From: Thermosulfurimonas dismutans
GTDB taxonomy: Bacteria; Desulfobacterota; Thermodesulfobacteria; Thermodesulfobacteriales; Thermodesulfobacteriaceae
Assembly: GCF_001652585.1 (NCBI RefSeq)
Contig: NZ_LWLG01000014.1
Location: 1-32,000 of the forward strand
DNA: 32,000 nucleotides
Reading direction: 5' to 3'
The notes under the pieces are model-generated. The model was not told where the DNA came from. It saw nothing but the letters and a program-made list of their open reading frames with translations, and made no database searches. Shown piece after piece: positions 9,418 through 19,495 of the stretch (within the stretch, counting starts at the first letter, position 1; each line of letters opens with the position of its first letter). The translations under genes and the position numbers were made by a program.

Positions 9418-10190
9418 AGACCTTTTCCCGCGATACACTCTTTTCCGGGAAGCTCGTGATCTATCAGTCCCGCGATGGTTACCGCTTCTCCATCGAGGCC
9501 CTCCTTCTGGCGGGCTTTGTGCGTCTCAAAAAGGAAGCCCTTGTGGCTGATTTAGGAGCCGGTTGCGGGGTGATCTCCGCCATCTTGGCCCTTCGTTTCC
9601 CTGCCGCCAGGATCGTGGCCCTGGAGATCCAGGAAAAGCTCTCTCGGGCGTTATTCCTCACGGTCTCTTCGAACGGATTGGATAAAAGCATTCTGCCCGT
9701 GAGAGGAGACGTGAAAAGATGGCCCCTAAAGGCCGGGAGATTTTCGGTCGTGGTGATGAATCCCCCCTTCAAGCCTCCGAAGACCGGAAGGCTTCCTCCG
9801 GATGAGGAGAACCTCGTGGCTCGCACCGAGTCCCTGGCTAATCTTTCGGATTTTCTGGAGGCCGCTTGGGAGCTCCTGAAGCCCGGAGGGCGGCTCTTTC
9901 TGGTACATTCGGCCTTGAGATGTGCGGAAGTCCTCTCAGAGATGCGAAATCACGGTCTGGAACCCAAGCGCCTGAGGTTCGTACACTCTTATCCCGGAGA
10001 TGAAGCCCGGTTCATCCTGGTGGAGGGGAGGAAGGGAGCCGGTCCGGAGGTGAGGGTGCTTCCTCCGCTATTTATCTACCAGAAACCGAAGGGGCCTTAT
10101 TCTTCGGAGGTGGCCCGCTTCTTTTCTGCGCCTGAAGAAGGACTCGCCGCCACCTTCGAAAGGCCTCCCTCAGCTCCGGATCTTCAATAA
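9408..10190 (+). CDS. N6-adenine-type SAM methyltransferase, TrmN6/YfiC-like (tRNA m6A37 family)
   Basis: The 260-aa ORF has the SAM-binding DLGAGCGVIS and the catalytic (N/D)PPF motif VVMNPPF. Its layout resembles E. coli YfiC. Confidence 0.65.
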   Translation: MGIETFSRDTLFSGKLVIYQSRDGYRFSIEALLLAGFVRLKKEALVADLGAGCGVISAILALRFPAARIVALEIQEKLSRALFLTVSSNGLDKSILPVRGDVKRWPLKAGRFSVVVMNPPFKPPKTGRLPPDEENLVARTESLANLSDFLEAAWELLKPGGRLFLVHSALRCAEVLSEMRNHGLEPKRLRFVHSYPGDEARFILVEGRKGAGPEVRVLPPLFIYQKPKGPYSSEVARFFSAPEEGLAATFERPPSAPDLQ

Positions 10191-10557
10191 GCGCCGCTTC
10201 TCGCTGGGCCTTTTCCTCCTCTTCCGGAGAGAGGGGAGAGGCCCTTCTGGCTTTGCGTTTCCAGAAGGCCGGAGGTTTTCCTACCACGAACCGTATGGAA
10301 GTGAACAGTTTTTCTCCGGCAGCCTTATTCAGGGCCTCAAGGATTTTGGGGGCCTCAAACCGCAAGGCTGCTCCCCATATGGGGTCCGCCACGCCCAGGG
10401 TGAGTCTTCCGTGCGCGAAGGCCACCGGCCAAGTCCGCCGGGCCAACTCTTCCCCCACCACCTCTTCCCAGTCGAGAAGGATCCCCCACGCCTTGAGCCT
10501 TTCCCGATAGCCGGGGATCTTCAAGAGATTTTCTAAGAGTTTCCCCAAGGCCTCCAT
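10072..10557 (-). CDS. DUF721 domain protein
   Basis: The 161-aa ORF has an N-terminal region W..VVGEELARRTWPVAFAHGRLTLGVADPIWGAALRFEAPKILEALN typical of DUF721. It sits directly after the mutase gene stop (TGAATG). Confidence 0.6.
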   Translation of the reverse strand: MEALGKLLENLLKIPGYRERLKAWGILLDWEEVVGEELARRTWPVAFAHGRLTLGVADPIWGAALRFEAPKILEALNKAAGEKLFTSIRFVVGKPPAFWKRKARRASPLSPEEEEKAQREAALIEDPELREAFRRWRRVLLQAQKRSGPPPKNKAPSVSGR

Positions 10558-11916
10558 TCAGGCCATCACTTCCTGGAGTTTGCCCTCGATAAGGGCCTTT
10601 ATCTCCTCCAGCCTTTCGGGACTCTGGGCTTCGAATCGAAGCACCAGGACCGGCTGGGTGTTTGAGGCCCTTACCAGCCCCCAGCCGTCGGGAAAGATCA
10701 CCCGGGCCCCGTCCACATCTACGACCTCGTAACCTTCCTCTTTCAGCTTCTTGGTGAGACGTTCCACCACCTTGAACTTGATCTCATCCGGGCACTCGGT
10801 GCGGATTTCTGGGGTGTTGTAGGTCTTTGGAAGATCGGCAAGGAGTTCGGAAAGGGGTTTTTCGCTCTCGGAGACGATCTCAGCGAGCCGAAGACTGGCA
10901 TAGACCCCGTCGTCGAAACCAAACCAGCGCTCGGCAAAAAAGATATGGCCGCTCATCTCCCCGGCCAGCAGGGCCCCGGTCTCCTTCATCTTGTTCTTGA
11001 TAAGGGAATGGCCCGTCTTCCACATCAAGGGCCGACCACCGAGCCTGGCGATCTCGTCATACATCACCTGGGAGCACTTGACCTCTCCGATTACAGTGGC
11101 TCCGGGGTGTTCCGCTAGTAATTTGCGGGCAAAGAGCACCATGAGCTGGTCTCCCCAGAGGATTTCACCGCGCTCGTTCACCACCCCGAGTCGGTCGCCG
11201 TCTCCGTCATAGCCCACCCCGAAATCCGCTCCAATTTCAAGGACTTTCTTCCGCAAGGTCTCCAGGTTCTCTTTCACCACCGGGTCTGGAAAATGGTTGG
11301 GGAAGGTCCCGTCCACCTCGCAGAAAAGGCACTCGACCTCGCAGCCGAGGGCTCGAAAGACTTCCGGGGCTGTAAGGGCGCAGACCCCGTTTCCGGGATC
11401 AAGGACTACCTTGAGTGGCCGCTTGAGCCGGATGTTCTTTTTGAGATATTCCTTGTAAGGGCCTAGAGCGTCGAGGTCGGTAACCTCGGCCTGGCCGGAT
11501 TCGAAGTCTTCCTTCTCAATGAGGTCCCTCAGAGCTCGGATTTCGGCCCCATAGATAGTCTCCCGACCTACACAGATTTTAAGGCCGTTGAACTCCGGGG
11601 GGTTATGGGAGCCTGTTACCTGAATGCCGCCGTCAAAGCCCTCGAAGTAATGCAGGGCGAAATACATGACCGGGGTAGGGGTCATACCAATATTAGCCAC
11701 TGAGATCCCGGCCGAGGTGATACCTTCTATCAAGGCCTGCTGAAGTTTAGGACTCGAAAGCCGGCCATCTCTTCCGCAGAGAACTTGCTTCCCGCCGCGC
11801 CTGCGAATAACGGTGCCATAGGCCCGACCGATGACTCGTACTACCTCCGGTGTGAAGTCTTCGTCCACCTTTCCCCGAATGTCGTATTCTCTAAAGATAT
11901 AGGGGCTTACTTTCAT
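10558..11916 (-). CDS. Phosphomannomutase/phosphoglucomutase (alpha-D-phosphohexomutase)
   Basis: The 452-aa ORF has the active-site loop TGSHNPPEFNGLK (the PMM/PGM type rather than the GlmM TASHNP..DNGIK type). It also has the metal site DGDGDR and the GEMSGH sugar loop. Confidence 0.88.
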   Translation of the reverse strand: MKVSPYIFREYDIRGKVDEDFTPEVVRVIGRAYGTVIRRRGGKQVLCGRDGRLSSPKLQQALIEGITSAGISVANIGMTPTPVMYFALHYFEGFDGGIQVTGSHNPPEFNGLKICVGRETIYGAEIRALRDLIEKEDFESGQAEVTDLDALGPYKEYLKKNIRLKRPLKVVLDPGNGVCALTAPEVFRALGCEVECLFCEVDGTFPNHFPDPVVKENLETLRKKVLEIGADFGVGYDGDGDRLGVVNERGEILWGDQLMVLFARKLLAEHPGATVIGEVKCSQVMYDEIARLGGRPLMWKTGHSLIKNKMKETGALLAGEMSGHIFFAERWFGFDDGVYASLRLAEIVSESEKPLSELLADLPKTYNTPEIRTECPDEIKFKVVERLTKKLKEEGYEVVDVDGARVIFPDGWGLVRASNTQPVLVLRFEAQSPERLEEIKALIEGKLQEVMA

Positions 11917-11920
11917 ATTT

Positions 11921-13669
11921 TTACCTCCCTGTGGTTTGTAGATCGATTACTTTAAGCTCCAGGTACCTTTCTCCTCTAAAATCGGAGATATAAGGGGTGG
12001 CAGCCAGATGAAAACCCCCTAACTGAGGGAGATTCCGAAAGAAATCTAATTTGTCCGGAGGAGCCTGAAAGAAAATGGCTGAAAGTCCGGTGCCTTTTTG
12101 CCAGAGAGTAAAACGCAGGTGTTTTTCGGCCACCAGACGCGGATTCCGGATCTCGAAGTTTGAAAGGGCCACTACCGGTTCAGGATTGCCGGGACCGAAG
12201 GGGGCCAGTCTTTGAAAGCCTTCAAGGAAGTCTGGATCAAGTAGTTCCGGGATTTCGGCCCGAGCTTCAAGGAAGAGTCGGGGTTTGAGCTCGTCAACGG
12301 TGGTCTTGCCGGTTTTTTCGGTAAGCATGGCCTTTACCGTTTCTCCGAACTGTCTTTCAAAAAGCGGGAGGGCTTCGGGGGCAAGTTTTAGCCCCCCAGC
12401 TGCCGGATGGCCTCCGAAACCCAGGAGTGTTTCCTGGCATCGTTGAAAGGCCTTGAAGAGATCTATCTCTGGAATGCTTCTTCCCGACCCCTTGATCTGA
12501 TCTTTCTTTCGGGTGAGAAGCACCACCGGTCGGTAGAATCTTTCGGCAAGCCTTCCGGCCACAATCCCGATGACCCCGAGGGGCCAGTCTTCCTTGTAGA
12601 GCACCAAGCCCGGGGGGATCTCACCCTTTATCATTTCAAGGGCTTCGTTCAGGATTTTTTCTTCGATCCGTTGTCTTTCGGAGTTGAGGGCGTTCAGTTC
12701 TCGGGCCAAGATCCGGGCCTTCTCCTCCTCTTCCGAGACTAGGAGTTCGAAGGCCAATCGGGCTTCCCTAAGTCTTCCGGCGGCGTTGATCCTCGGGGCC
12801 AGGCGGAAAAGGACCTCCTGGGTGCCTATGGCCCCGTTGGTTCCTGAAACCTCGCGCAAGGCCTTGATCGCGGGACGCTCCGACTCCGAGAGTTCGGCCA
12901 GCCCGAAGACCGTAATCAGGCGATTCTCCCCTACGAGGGGGACCATGTCCGCCACGGTGCCTAAGGCCACGAGATCTAGATATCGTTTAAGGTTGGGGAC
13001 CTCACGTCCGGCGAAAAATCCCTGTTCGTAAAGATAGCTCCGCAGGGCCCTTATCAGGGCAAAAGCCATTCCTACCCCGGCAAGGTCATAGAAAGGAGAG
13101 CCCCTCGGTGTACGTTTGCCGGTAATGACGGCTTCGGCCCGGGGAAGTTCCGGCGGAAGCTCGTGATGGTCGGTTACGATGACCCTGAGTCCTAGTCTTT
13201 TGGCTTCCTCTACGGCTTCCCGCGCACTTATCCCACAGTCCACCGTAATAACGAGCGCTACCTCCTTCTCCTTGAAAAAGGGTAAGAGATGGGCATGAAA
13301 ACCGTAGCCGTCCCTTTCTCGATGAGGGAATAGGACTTCCACCCGGGCCCCAAGTTCTTTCAGGAAGAGATAGAGGATAGCCGTTCCGGTAACCCCGTCG
13401 GCGTCGTAATCGCCGTAGAGTCCGATTTTTTTCCCGGAAAGCAAGGTTTCGGCTATGAGTCTTACCGCCGAAGCCATGTCCGGAATGCGAAAGGGATCTT
13501 CGAAATCCGACAGCCGGGGATAGAGGAAGGTGTGAGCCCTGCGCCAATCTGTTAACCCGCGGTTTACAAGGAGGGTTGCTAGAAGCTCAGGGAAGCCGCC
13601 TTCCTTTTGAAGACTTAAAACGTGTTCCCGTTCGGGGAGTTTGAGGACCCAGCGGTAGCCAGCGATCAT
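11921..13669 (-). CDS. recJ: Single-stranded-DNA-specific exonuclease RecJ
   Basis: The DHH family motifs GDYDADGVTG, TVDCG and VTDHH are present. The track ORF extends to a TTG at 13714, but I prefer the ATG at 13669 (MIAGYRWVLKLPE...), which matches the usual RecJ N-terminus. The start is uncertain. Confidence 0.9.
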   Translation of the reverse strand: MIAGYRWVLKLPEREHVLSLQKEGGFPELLATLLVNRGLTDWRRAHTFLYPRLSDFEDPFRIPDMASAVRLIAETLLSGKKIGLYGDYDADGVTGTAILYLFLKELGARVEVLFPHRERDGYGFHAHLLPFFKEKEVALVITVDCGISAREAVEEAKRLGLRVIVTDHHELPPELPRAEAVITGKRTPRGSPFYDLAGVGMAFALIRALRSYLYEQGFFAGREVPNLKRYLDLVALGTVADMVPLVGENRLITVFGLAELSESERPAIKALREVSGTNGAIGTQEVLFRLAPRINAAGRLREARLAFELLVSEEEEKARILARELNALNSERQRIEEKILNEALEMIKGEIPPGLVLYKEDWPLGVIGIVAGRLAERFYRPVVLLTRKKDQIKGSGRSIPEIDLFKAFQRCQETLLGFGGHPAAGGLKLAPEALPLFERQFGETVKAMLTEKTGKTTVDELKPRLFLEARAEIPELLDPDFLEGFQRLAPFGPGNPEPVVALSNFEIRNPRLVAEKHLRFTLWQKGTGLSAIFFQAPPDKLDFFRNLPQLGGFHLAATPYISDFRGERYLELKVIDLQTTGR

Positions 13670-13728
13670 GCTTTGAACCTTTTCAAAGGTCTCAGAAAAG
13701 GCAAAAATTGTCAAGGCGGAGGTTTGAG

Positions 13729-13923
13729 ATGGAGAGTCTGGAAGTAGTAATCAGTATCAGACCAGAAAGAATGGCCTTCTTGAAATTCATAATCGAAGGC
13801 TTTGGACATTTGGCTCTGCCAGTGACCCTATCAGCGAAAGAAGGAAAGATAAAACTTCTTATTTCTCCTCAAGAAAAAGATCGGTGGGAGGAAATTTGGG
13901 AGGACTTTCAAAGCTGGCTTTAA
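13729..13923 (+). CDS. DUF4911 domain protein
   Basis: The small ORF reads MESLEVVISIRPERMAFLKFIIEGFGHLALPVTLSAKEGKIKLLISP.... The pattern (..I.FLKFI.E....LA...T.D...G...L...P) fits DUF4911. A GGCGGAGG RBS lies 6-7 nt upstream of this ATG. The track's TTG at 13708 is less likely. Confidence 0.55.
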   Translation: MESLEVVISIRPERMAFLKFIIEGFGHLALPVTLSAKEGKIKLLISPQEKDRWEEIWEDFQSWL

Positions 13924-14438
13924 CGCTGTCTGATTTCCCCAAATCCAAACTCTACGATACTTACATCCCGAATCTTGTCTCCGTAAAGAAACATGATCCG
14001 CTGTGTTAGGACTTTTTTGAATTCCATAAAGCCGTTCCGACTTCTGAACCTTTCGTAAGGAAACCTTTGAATAGTATCCAAGATAAGAGTAGCGAGATTC
14101 CCCTGCCTACCGCTAAGTTCCTCGGCCGTCTTCTTATCTAGGGCTTCGAGAACTACGCTTACCCGGACGTACTTTCCTAGAGGGGCTCCCTTGGGGCTGC
14201 CTACGATGTCTTCAATGAGGATTTGAGTAGGCGTGAGTTTTTCCTTTATTAGGGGGAGTCTTTCCTTCTTTTTTTCTTGTAAAATCTCAAAAGGTAAAGC
14301 CCGGATCATAGAGGGAGTTTTCTCGGAAGACCCACTCAGATTGACGAGCAGGTTTTTCAAGGCTGTCCATTTGAAGAGGGCTAGAATGGCTAAAGAAATG
14401 ATTAAAAGAATTAAGAAGACTTTAAGGTAGCGTCTCAT
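13920..14438 (-). CDS. FliL-like membrane protein (single N-terminal TM helix)
   Basis: The 172-aa ORF has a hydrophobic N-terminus, then [36 protein letters not shown]...[10 protein letters not shown], resembling the FliL core. Confidence 0.45.
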   Translation of the reverse strand: MRRYLKVFLILLIISLAILALFKWTALKNLLVNLSGSSEKTPSMIRALPFEILQEKKKERLPLIKEKLTPTQILIEDIVGSPKGAPLGKYVRVSVVLEALDKKTAEELSGRQGNLATLILDTIQRFPYERFRSRNGFMEFKKVLTQRIMFLYGDKIRDVSIVEFGFGEIRQR

Positions 14439-15501
14439 GGTTGCGAAAGGCCTTCAAGACCAATTGTCTCAACAGATAATCCGCCAGCACCAAGCGAACC
14501 ATGGCCTCACACACGGGCACAATTCGGGGAATGGCCGAGGCGTCATGTCTTCCTCCGACACGGATTTTTACGGCCTCGCCCTTTTCGTTTATGGTGAGCT
14601 GTTCCCTAGAGATGCTGGGGATAGGCTTGACTGCTACTCGGCAAACTATCTCTTGGCCGGAAGATATCCCTGCGAGGATTCCTCCGGCATTATTGGATAG
14701 AAATCCTTCGGGAGTAAGGGGATCGTTGTTTTCGGAACCTTTTTTTTCGGCCGCCGAAAAACCGGCTCCGATCTCCACGCCCTTTACGGCCCCGATACTC
14801 ATAAGGGCCTTGGCTAGCTCGGCGTCCAATTTGTCGAAAACCGGCTCTCCCAGCCCGGGAGGCACACCTCGGGCCACGATTTCTACTACCCCTCCCAGGG
14901 AGTCTCCCTCTCGGCGGGCTTCCTCTATGCGACGACACATTTCCTCATAGGCCTCGGCATCCGGGCAGAAGAGATGGTTTCTGTTGATCTCGGAAAGATC
15001 CCGTTTACGGGCCCACACTCCACCTAGGGCTACGGTGTAGGCCTGGACCTGGATGCCGTATTCGGCAAGCACTTTCTTGGCTACCGCACCGGCGGCCACC
15101 CGGGCTACGGTCTCCCTTCCGCTTGAACGCCCTCCGCCTCGCCAGTCTCTTAAGCCGTATTTCCAGAAATAAGTGCAGTCACCGTGCCCTGGGCGGAAGA
15201 TGTCTTTTAGGGGTTCATAAGCCGCGGATTTGGCGTCCCGATTGTAGATCACCAGGGCGATAGGGGTTCCTAGGGTTTGGCCTTCAAAGACTCCTGAAAG
15301 GATCTCTACTCGATCGGGCTCTTTGCGGGGGGATTCCCCTAGGTGTTTCCCGGGACGGCGTCTTTCGAGCTCAAACTGGATGTCCTCCTCCGAAAGAGGA
15401 ATGCCCGGAGGACAACCGTCTATGACGGCTCCCAGAGCTCTGCCATGGGATTCGCCGAAAGTAGTTACCCGGAAAAGGGTCCCAAAGGTGTTGCCAGCCA
15501 T
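14422..15501 (-). CDS. aroC: Chorismate synthase
   Basis: The 359-aa ORF has the canonical AroC blocks [30 protein letters not shown] and RHD. Confidence 0.95.
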   Translation of the reverse strand: MAGNTFGTLFRVTTFGESHGRALGAVIDGCPPGIPLSEEDIQFELERRRPGKHLGESPRKEPDRVEILSGVFEGQTLGTPIALVIYNRDAKSAAYEPLKDIFRPGHGDCTYFWKYGLRDWRGGGRSSGRETVARVAAGAVAKKVLAEYGIQVQAYTVALGGVWARKRDLSEINRNHLFCPDAEAYEEMCRRIEEARREGDSLGGVVEIVARGVPPGLGEPVFDKLDAELAKALMSIGAVKGVEIGAGFSAAEKKGSENNDPLTPEGFLSNNAGGILAGISSGQEIVCRVAVKPIPSISREQLTINEKGEAVKIRVGGRHDASAIPRIVPVCEAMVRLVLADYLLRQLVLKAFRNHETLP

Positions 15502-16179
15502 TTATCTTTTCCCGAAAAGTAAGGTCTTTTCCTCGGTAGTTAGCCCTTCGGTAAAAGGTTCAAGGGTTGATTTGAAGACGATAGTGCTTCGTCCGGCCTC
15601 CTTAGCTTGGTAAAGTAGTTTATCCACTTCTTTTAAGAATTCCTTCGGTGTCATGCGGTAAAAGGGCCTGAAAGTAGCTCCACCTATACTAACCGAGGCT
15701 TTCACTTTACCATTCGGGGTCTGAAAGATCAAATCCTCGATGGCCTGTTTGAGGCGTTTGGCTACTTTAAGGCCACCGTAACCTCCCGTTCCCGGAAGGA
15801 TGACGGCAAACTCTTCTCCCCCGTATCGGGCAGGAAAGTCCAGTTTTCTCAAACCATTCTTGATGGTTTGGGCTACAGCCTTTAAGACCTGATCTCCGAA
15901 AACGTGTCCATAGGTATCATTGAGGCGTTTGAAATGGTCAAGATCGAGAAGGAGCAAGGTAAAAGGGGCTTGCTCTCGTTTGGATCTTTCTATGGAGGCC
16001 GATAGGGCCTCTTCGAAGCTTCGGCGATTGTAAAGACCCGTAAGATAGTCCCTGGTATATCCTTCATAAAGAGTTTGATAAGCCCTCTTTACGAGGGCGA
16101 GTTTTTCTTTGATCTCCGGAGAGGGAGCCTTCTCAAGGAGTTCTTCTAGAAGGGAAAGACCGTATTCTGGAAGATTCAT
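15502..16179 (-). CDS. Diguanylate cyclase (stand-alone GGDEF domain with an intact I-site)
   Basis: The 225-aa ORF contains LTGLYNRRSFEE, LLLLDLDHFKRLNDTYGH and the active site RYGGEEF. An RKLD motif lies five residues upstream (an RxxD I-site). The N-terminal extension is only about 45 aa. Confidence 0.9.
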   Translation of the reverse strand: MNLPEYGLSLLEELLEKAPSPEIKEKLALVKRAYQTLYEGYTRDYLTGLYNRRSFEEALSASIERSKREQAPFTLLLLDLDHFKRLNDTYGHVFGDQVLKAVAQTIKNGLRKLDFPARYGGEEFAVILPGTGGYGGLKVAKRLKQAIEDLIFQTPNGKVKASVSIGGATFRPFYRMTPKEFLKEVDKLLYQAKEAGRSTIVFKSTLEPFTEGLTTEEKTLLFGKR

Positions 16180-17729
16180 CTAGACCTTTTCATTAGTTTG
16201 ATTTTCCAGAAAAGGAGTCCTTCTTCAGGACCTAAAAGCTTGACCTCTGCCAAAAAGAACATCCCACAGAGAAGAATGCTTAGAAGTACGGGCAGCTTTT
16301 CTTTCAGAAGGAAGGCCAGTCCCCCCATCACTCCGGCTTCTATGAGGAGTTTTAAAAATCCTAAAAAGAATTTTTTGAAAGGTAAACCTTTAACTTTATA
16401 GCAAAAAAAGCCCATAAGGAAAATGGCCTGACCGAGGAGGGCGACCGCAGTTCCTAGGGCTACGGCCTTGAAGTTGAGGTAGGGAAGGGTGAGGAGGACG
16501 ACCGTAAGGTTTAGTCCCACCGCAAGGAAGCTCCCTAAGGCCGGGATTAGGGTATTGCCCAGGGCATAAAAGACCGGCACCGTAACTTTGCTTATGCCAT
16601 AAGCCGGAAGCCCTAGGGCAAAAAGGCTTAAGGCCTGAGCGGTATTTAGGGTGTCTTCGGGAGAAAATTGTCCGTGTTCAAAGATGAGCCGTACGATGGG
16701 CTTTGCCAGAATGGCCAGCCCTACGGCTGAAGGAAGCGAGAGACTCAAACCCACCAAAAGCGAGGAGACATAGGTGTTTTTTAGAAGTTCGATATCATTG
16801 CGGGCGGCCTGACGACTGGCTTCGGGGAGAAGGGCCAGAGAAAGTCCTACTCCGAAGAGTCCCAAGGGGACATACATGAGACGGAAGGCGTAGGCCAGCC
16901 AGGAGACCGCTCCTTCTCCGCAAGAAGTGGCAAAGTAGGTGTTGAGGAAGATGTTTATTTGGACGGCCGAAAGGCCTATCACAGAGGGTCCCATGAGTTT
17001 CAGGATCTCTCTTACGGCCGGAGACCGAGGCGCCAAGACCGGAGAGAACCTAAATCCCTTAGCTCGGAGAAAGGGCCAATTGAAGGCCGCTTGCATGGCC
17101 CCTCCGAGGAGCACTCCCAGGGCCATCCCGATGACCCCGGGGTATCCTAGAAATCTAAAAAGGAAATAGAGGACCAGGCCCACTAGGATGGAGGTGGCGT
17201 TGAAAAGGGCGGAAGAGAAGGCCGGCCAAAAGAAGACTCCTAGGCTGTTTAACATTCCGGCGAGTACCGCCGCTAGACTTATAAAAAAGAGAAAGGGGCT
17301 CATGATACGGGTAAGGAGGACGGTGAGCTCGAACTTGCCCACGAAGTTTTTGAAGTCCGGGGCCAGAAGCCCTACTATTTGGGGGGCCAGGATTTCGCCC
17401 AAGATTACCACCAGCAGGACTAAGAGTCCGAAGGTGGTGAGGGCCTCGGAGGCTACCTTGAAGGCCCTTTCGGTCCCTTCCTTTTCCCGATAATGACTGA
17501 AGACTTTGGTAAAGGCCATTCCCAGGGCTCCCTCCGCAAAGAGGTCACGCAGGAGATTTGGAATACGATAGGCCACTACGAAGGCGTCCATCTGGGAGGT
17601 GGCTCCGAAAAGGGCGGCCAGCACCTGTTCGCGCACCAGCCCTAGGAGGCGGCTTATGATCACCGCCACCGTTACGGATCTCGCCCCCCGGGCTACTCTC
17701 TGAGCGCTATCATGGGTCTTTTTTTCCAT
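16176..17729 (-). CDS. murJ: Lipid II flippase MurJ (MviN)
   Basis: The 517-aa polytopic ORF has the N-terminal block SRLLGLVREQVLAALFGA...DAFVVAYRIPNLLRDLFAEGAL typical of MurJ. Confidence 0.9.
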   Translation of the reverse strand: MEKKTHDSAQRVARGARSVTVAVIISRLLGLVREQVLAALFGATSQMDAFVVAYRIPNLLRDLFAEGALGMAFTKVFSHYREKEGTERAFKVASEALTTFGLLVLLVVILGEILAPQIVGLLAPDFKNFVGKFELTVLLTRIMSPFLFFISLAAVLAGMLNSLGVFFWPAFSSALFNATSILVGLVLYFLFRFLGYPGVIGMALGVLLGGAMQAAFNWPFLRAKGFRFSPVLAPRSPAVREILKLMGPSVIGLSAVQINIFLNTYFATSCGEGAVSWLAYAFRLMYVPLGLFGVGLSLALLPEASRQAARNDIELLKNTYVSSLLVGLSLSLPSAVGLAILAKPIVRLIFEHGQFSPEDTLNTAQALSLFALGLPAYGISKVTVPVFYALGNTLIPALGSFLAVGLNLTVVLLTLPYLNFKAVALGTAVALLGQAIFLMGFFCYKVKGLPFKKFFLGFLKLLIEAGVMGGLAFLLKEKLPVLLSILLCGMFFLAEVKLLGPEEGLLFWKIKLMKRSR

Positions 17730-17806
17730 CTTCTTCCGAACCGGGTGCTTTTGTCTCCTGAGAGGTAGGCTATAATAAAAAGACCTTTTTGTGGAGGCTG
17801 ATAGAG

Positions 17807-19030
17807 ATGCCTATTGCCACCATAGAGGAAGCTCTGGAGGACATTCGGGCGGGTAAGCTGATTATCGTGGTGGACGATGAGGACCGAGAGAACGAGGGTG
17901 ATCTCGTCATGGCGGCCGAGAAGGTCACCCCGGAGGCCATCAACTTTATGGCTAAATACGGCCGGGGTCTCATCTGTCTTACCCTCACACCGGAAGACGT
18001 GGAGCGCCTGCAACTTCCCCTTCAGCCCCGTCGGCATGGTACTCGTTTCGATACCGCCTTTACGGTATCCATTGAAGCCCGTTACGGGGTGACCACCGGG
18101 ATCTCGGCTCATGACCGGGCCCACACCATCCGGGTGGCCATAGACCCCCGTAGTGGTCCTGAGGACATCGTGACCCCGGGTCACGTTTTTCCCATCCAGG
18201 CCCGGAAGGGCGGGGTGCTTGTGCGGGCGGGACATACCGAGGCCTCGGTGGATTTGGCTCGGCTGGCGGGCCTTAGGCCGGCGGGCGTTATCTGTGAGAT
18301 CATGAAGGACGATGGCACCATGGCCCGTCTTCCGGACCTCGAAAAGTTTGCCGAAGAACACGGGCTCAAGATCATCACCATCCGGGATCTCATCGCCTAT
18401 CGGCTCCGTAACGAGTCTTTGATAACCCGTGAGGTTGAGACCCGGCTGCCCACCCCTTGGGGCGAGTTCAAACTCTACGCCTACACCAATCTGGTGGACC
18501 CTTTTGTACACGTGGCGCTGGTGAAAGGCGAAGTCACGGAAACTCCTATCCTGGTAAGGGTACATTCCGAGTGTCTCACCGGGGATGTCTTCGGCTCTTT
18601 GAGGTGCGATTGCGGGCCTCAGCTCATGCGGGCCCTTGAAATGATCGGAGAAGAGGGCAGGGGAGTCCTTCTATATCTCAGACAGGAAGGGCGGGGTATC
18701 GGACTCCTCAACAAACTCAAGGCCTATGTCCTTCAGGATCAGGGGAAGGACACTGTGGAGGCCAACGAGGCCCTTGGTTTCAAAGCCGATCTTCGCGACT
18801 ACGGCATCGGAGCTCAGATCTTGAGGGATCTCGGGGTGCGCCGTATGCGTCTCATGACCAACAACCCCAAAAAGATCGTGGGCCTTGAGGGTTACGGTCT
18901 CAAGGTGGTGGAGAGAGTGCCCATCGAAATCCCACCTCACGAGGAAAATTATCGTTATCTGAAATGCAAGAGGGATAAACTGGGTCATCTTCTGAGTGTT
19001 TTGGACTTAAAGGAATGCAGGAGGTCCTAG
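17807..19030 (+). CDS. ribBA: Bifunctional 3,4-dihydroxy-2-butanone-4-phosphate synthase / GTP cyclohydrolase II
   Basis: The DHBP synthase half has [12 protein letters not shown]. The GCH-II half has [23 protein letters not shown] 17807 is preceded by GGAGG at 17793..17797. The track's TTG at 17789 is less likely. Confidence 0.95.
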   Translation: MPIATIEEALEDIRAGKLIIVVDDEDRENEGDLVMAAEKVTPEAINFMAKYGRGLICLTLTPEDVERLQLPLQPRRHGTRFDTAFTVSIEARYGVTTGISAHDRAHTIRVAIDPRSGPEDIVTPGHVFPIQARKGGVLVRAGHTEASVDLARLAGLRPAGVICEIMKDDGTMARLPDLEKFAEEHGLKIITIRDLIAYRLRNESLITREVETRLPTPWGEFKLYAYTNLVDPFVHVALVKGEVTETPILVRVHSECLTGDVFGSLRCDCGPQLMRALEMIGEEGRGVLLYLRQEGRGIGLLNKLKAYVLQDQGKDTVEANEALGFKADLRDYGIGAQILRDLGVRRMRLMTNNPKKIVGLEGYGLKVVERVPIEIPPHEENYRYLKCKRDKLGHLLSVLDLKECRRS

Positions 19031-19495
19031 ATGCCTAAGGAGATTCAGGGAGAATATCGAGGAGAGGGGCTTAAATTTGGAATTGTAGTAGGGCGTTTCA
19101 ACTCCTTTATCAGCAAGGAGCTGCTCAAGGGCGCCTTTGATGCTTTCATGCGGCACGGGGTGAAGGAAGAAGATCTTACCGTGGTTTGGGTTCCGGGTTC
19201 CTTTGAGATTCCGCTGGTGGCCAAAAAGATGGCTCAGAGCGGAAATTATAACGGCGTGGTCTGTCTCGGGGCCATTATTCGAGGGGCTACTCCGCATTTC
19301 GAATACGTGGCCTCGGAATGCGCCAAGGGGATCGCTCAAGCTTCCTTAGAGACCGGGGTGCCCATCATTTTCGGGGTCCTTACCACCGATACCATTGAGC
19401 AAGCGGTAGAGAGGGCCGGTACCAAAGCTGGCAACAAAGGTTTCGAGGCCGCCATGGCGGCCCTAGAGATGGCCAATCTCATGTCAAAGCTTTAA
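19031..19495 (+). CDS. ribH: 6,7-dimethyl-8-ribityllumazine synthase
   Basis: The 154-aa ORF contains [14 protein letters not shown] and TKAGNKG, which are lumazine synthase blocks. Confidence 0.95.
   Translation: MPKEIQGEYRGEGLKFGIVVGRFNSFISKELLKGAFDAFMRHGVKEEDLTVVWVPGSFEIPLVAKKMAQSGNYNGVVCLGAIIRGATPHFEYVASECAKGIAQASLETGVPIIFGVLTTDTIEQAVERAGTKAGNKGFEAAMAALEMANLMSKL

Noticed and set aside
17730-17806. Possible FMN riboswitch upstream of ribBA
   Set aside because: Only 77 nt separate murJ and ribBA. That is too short for an FMN aptamer plus expression platform, and none of the conserved FMN-element stretches are visible. A TATAAT at 17771..17776 is present, but the nearest -35-like hexamer has poor spacing, so I did not call a promoter.
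17693-18565. 290-aa minus-strand ORF
   Set aside because: It lies entirely antisense to the well-supported ribBA gene. It has G/R/P/H-rich low-complexity composition and no recognisable motif, so it is a typical shadow ORF in GC-rich coding DNA.
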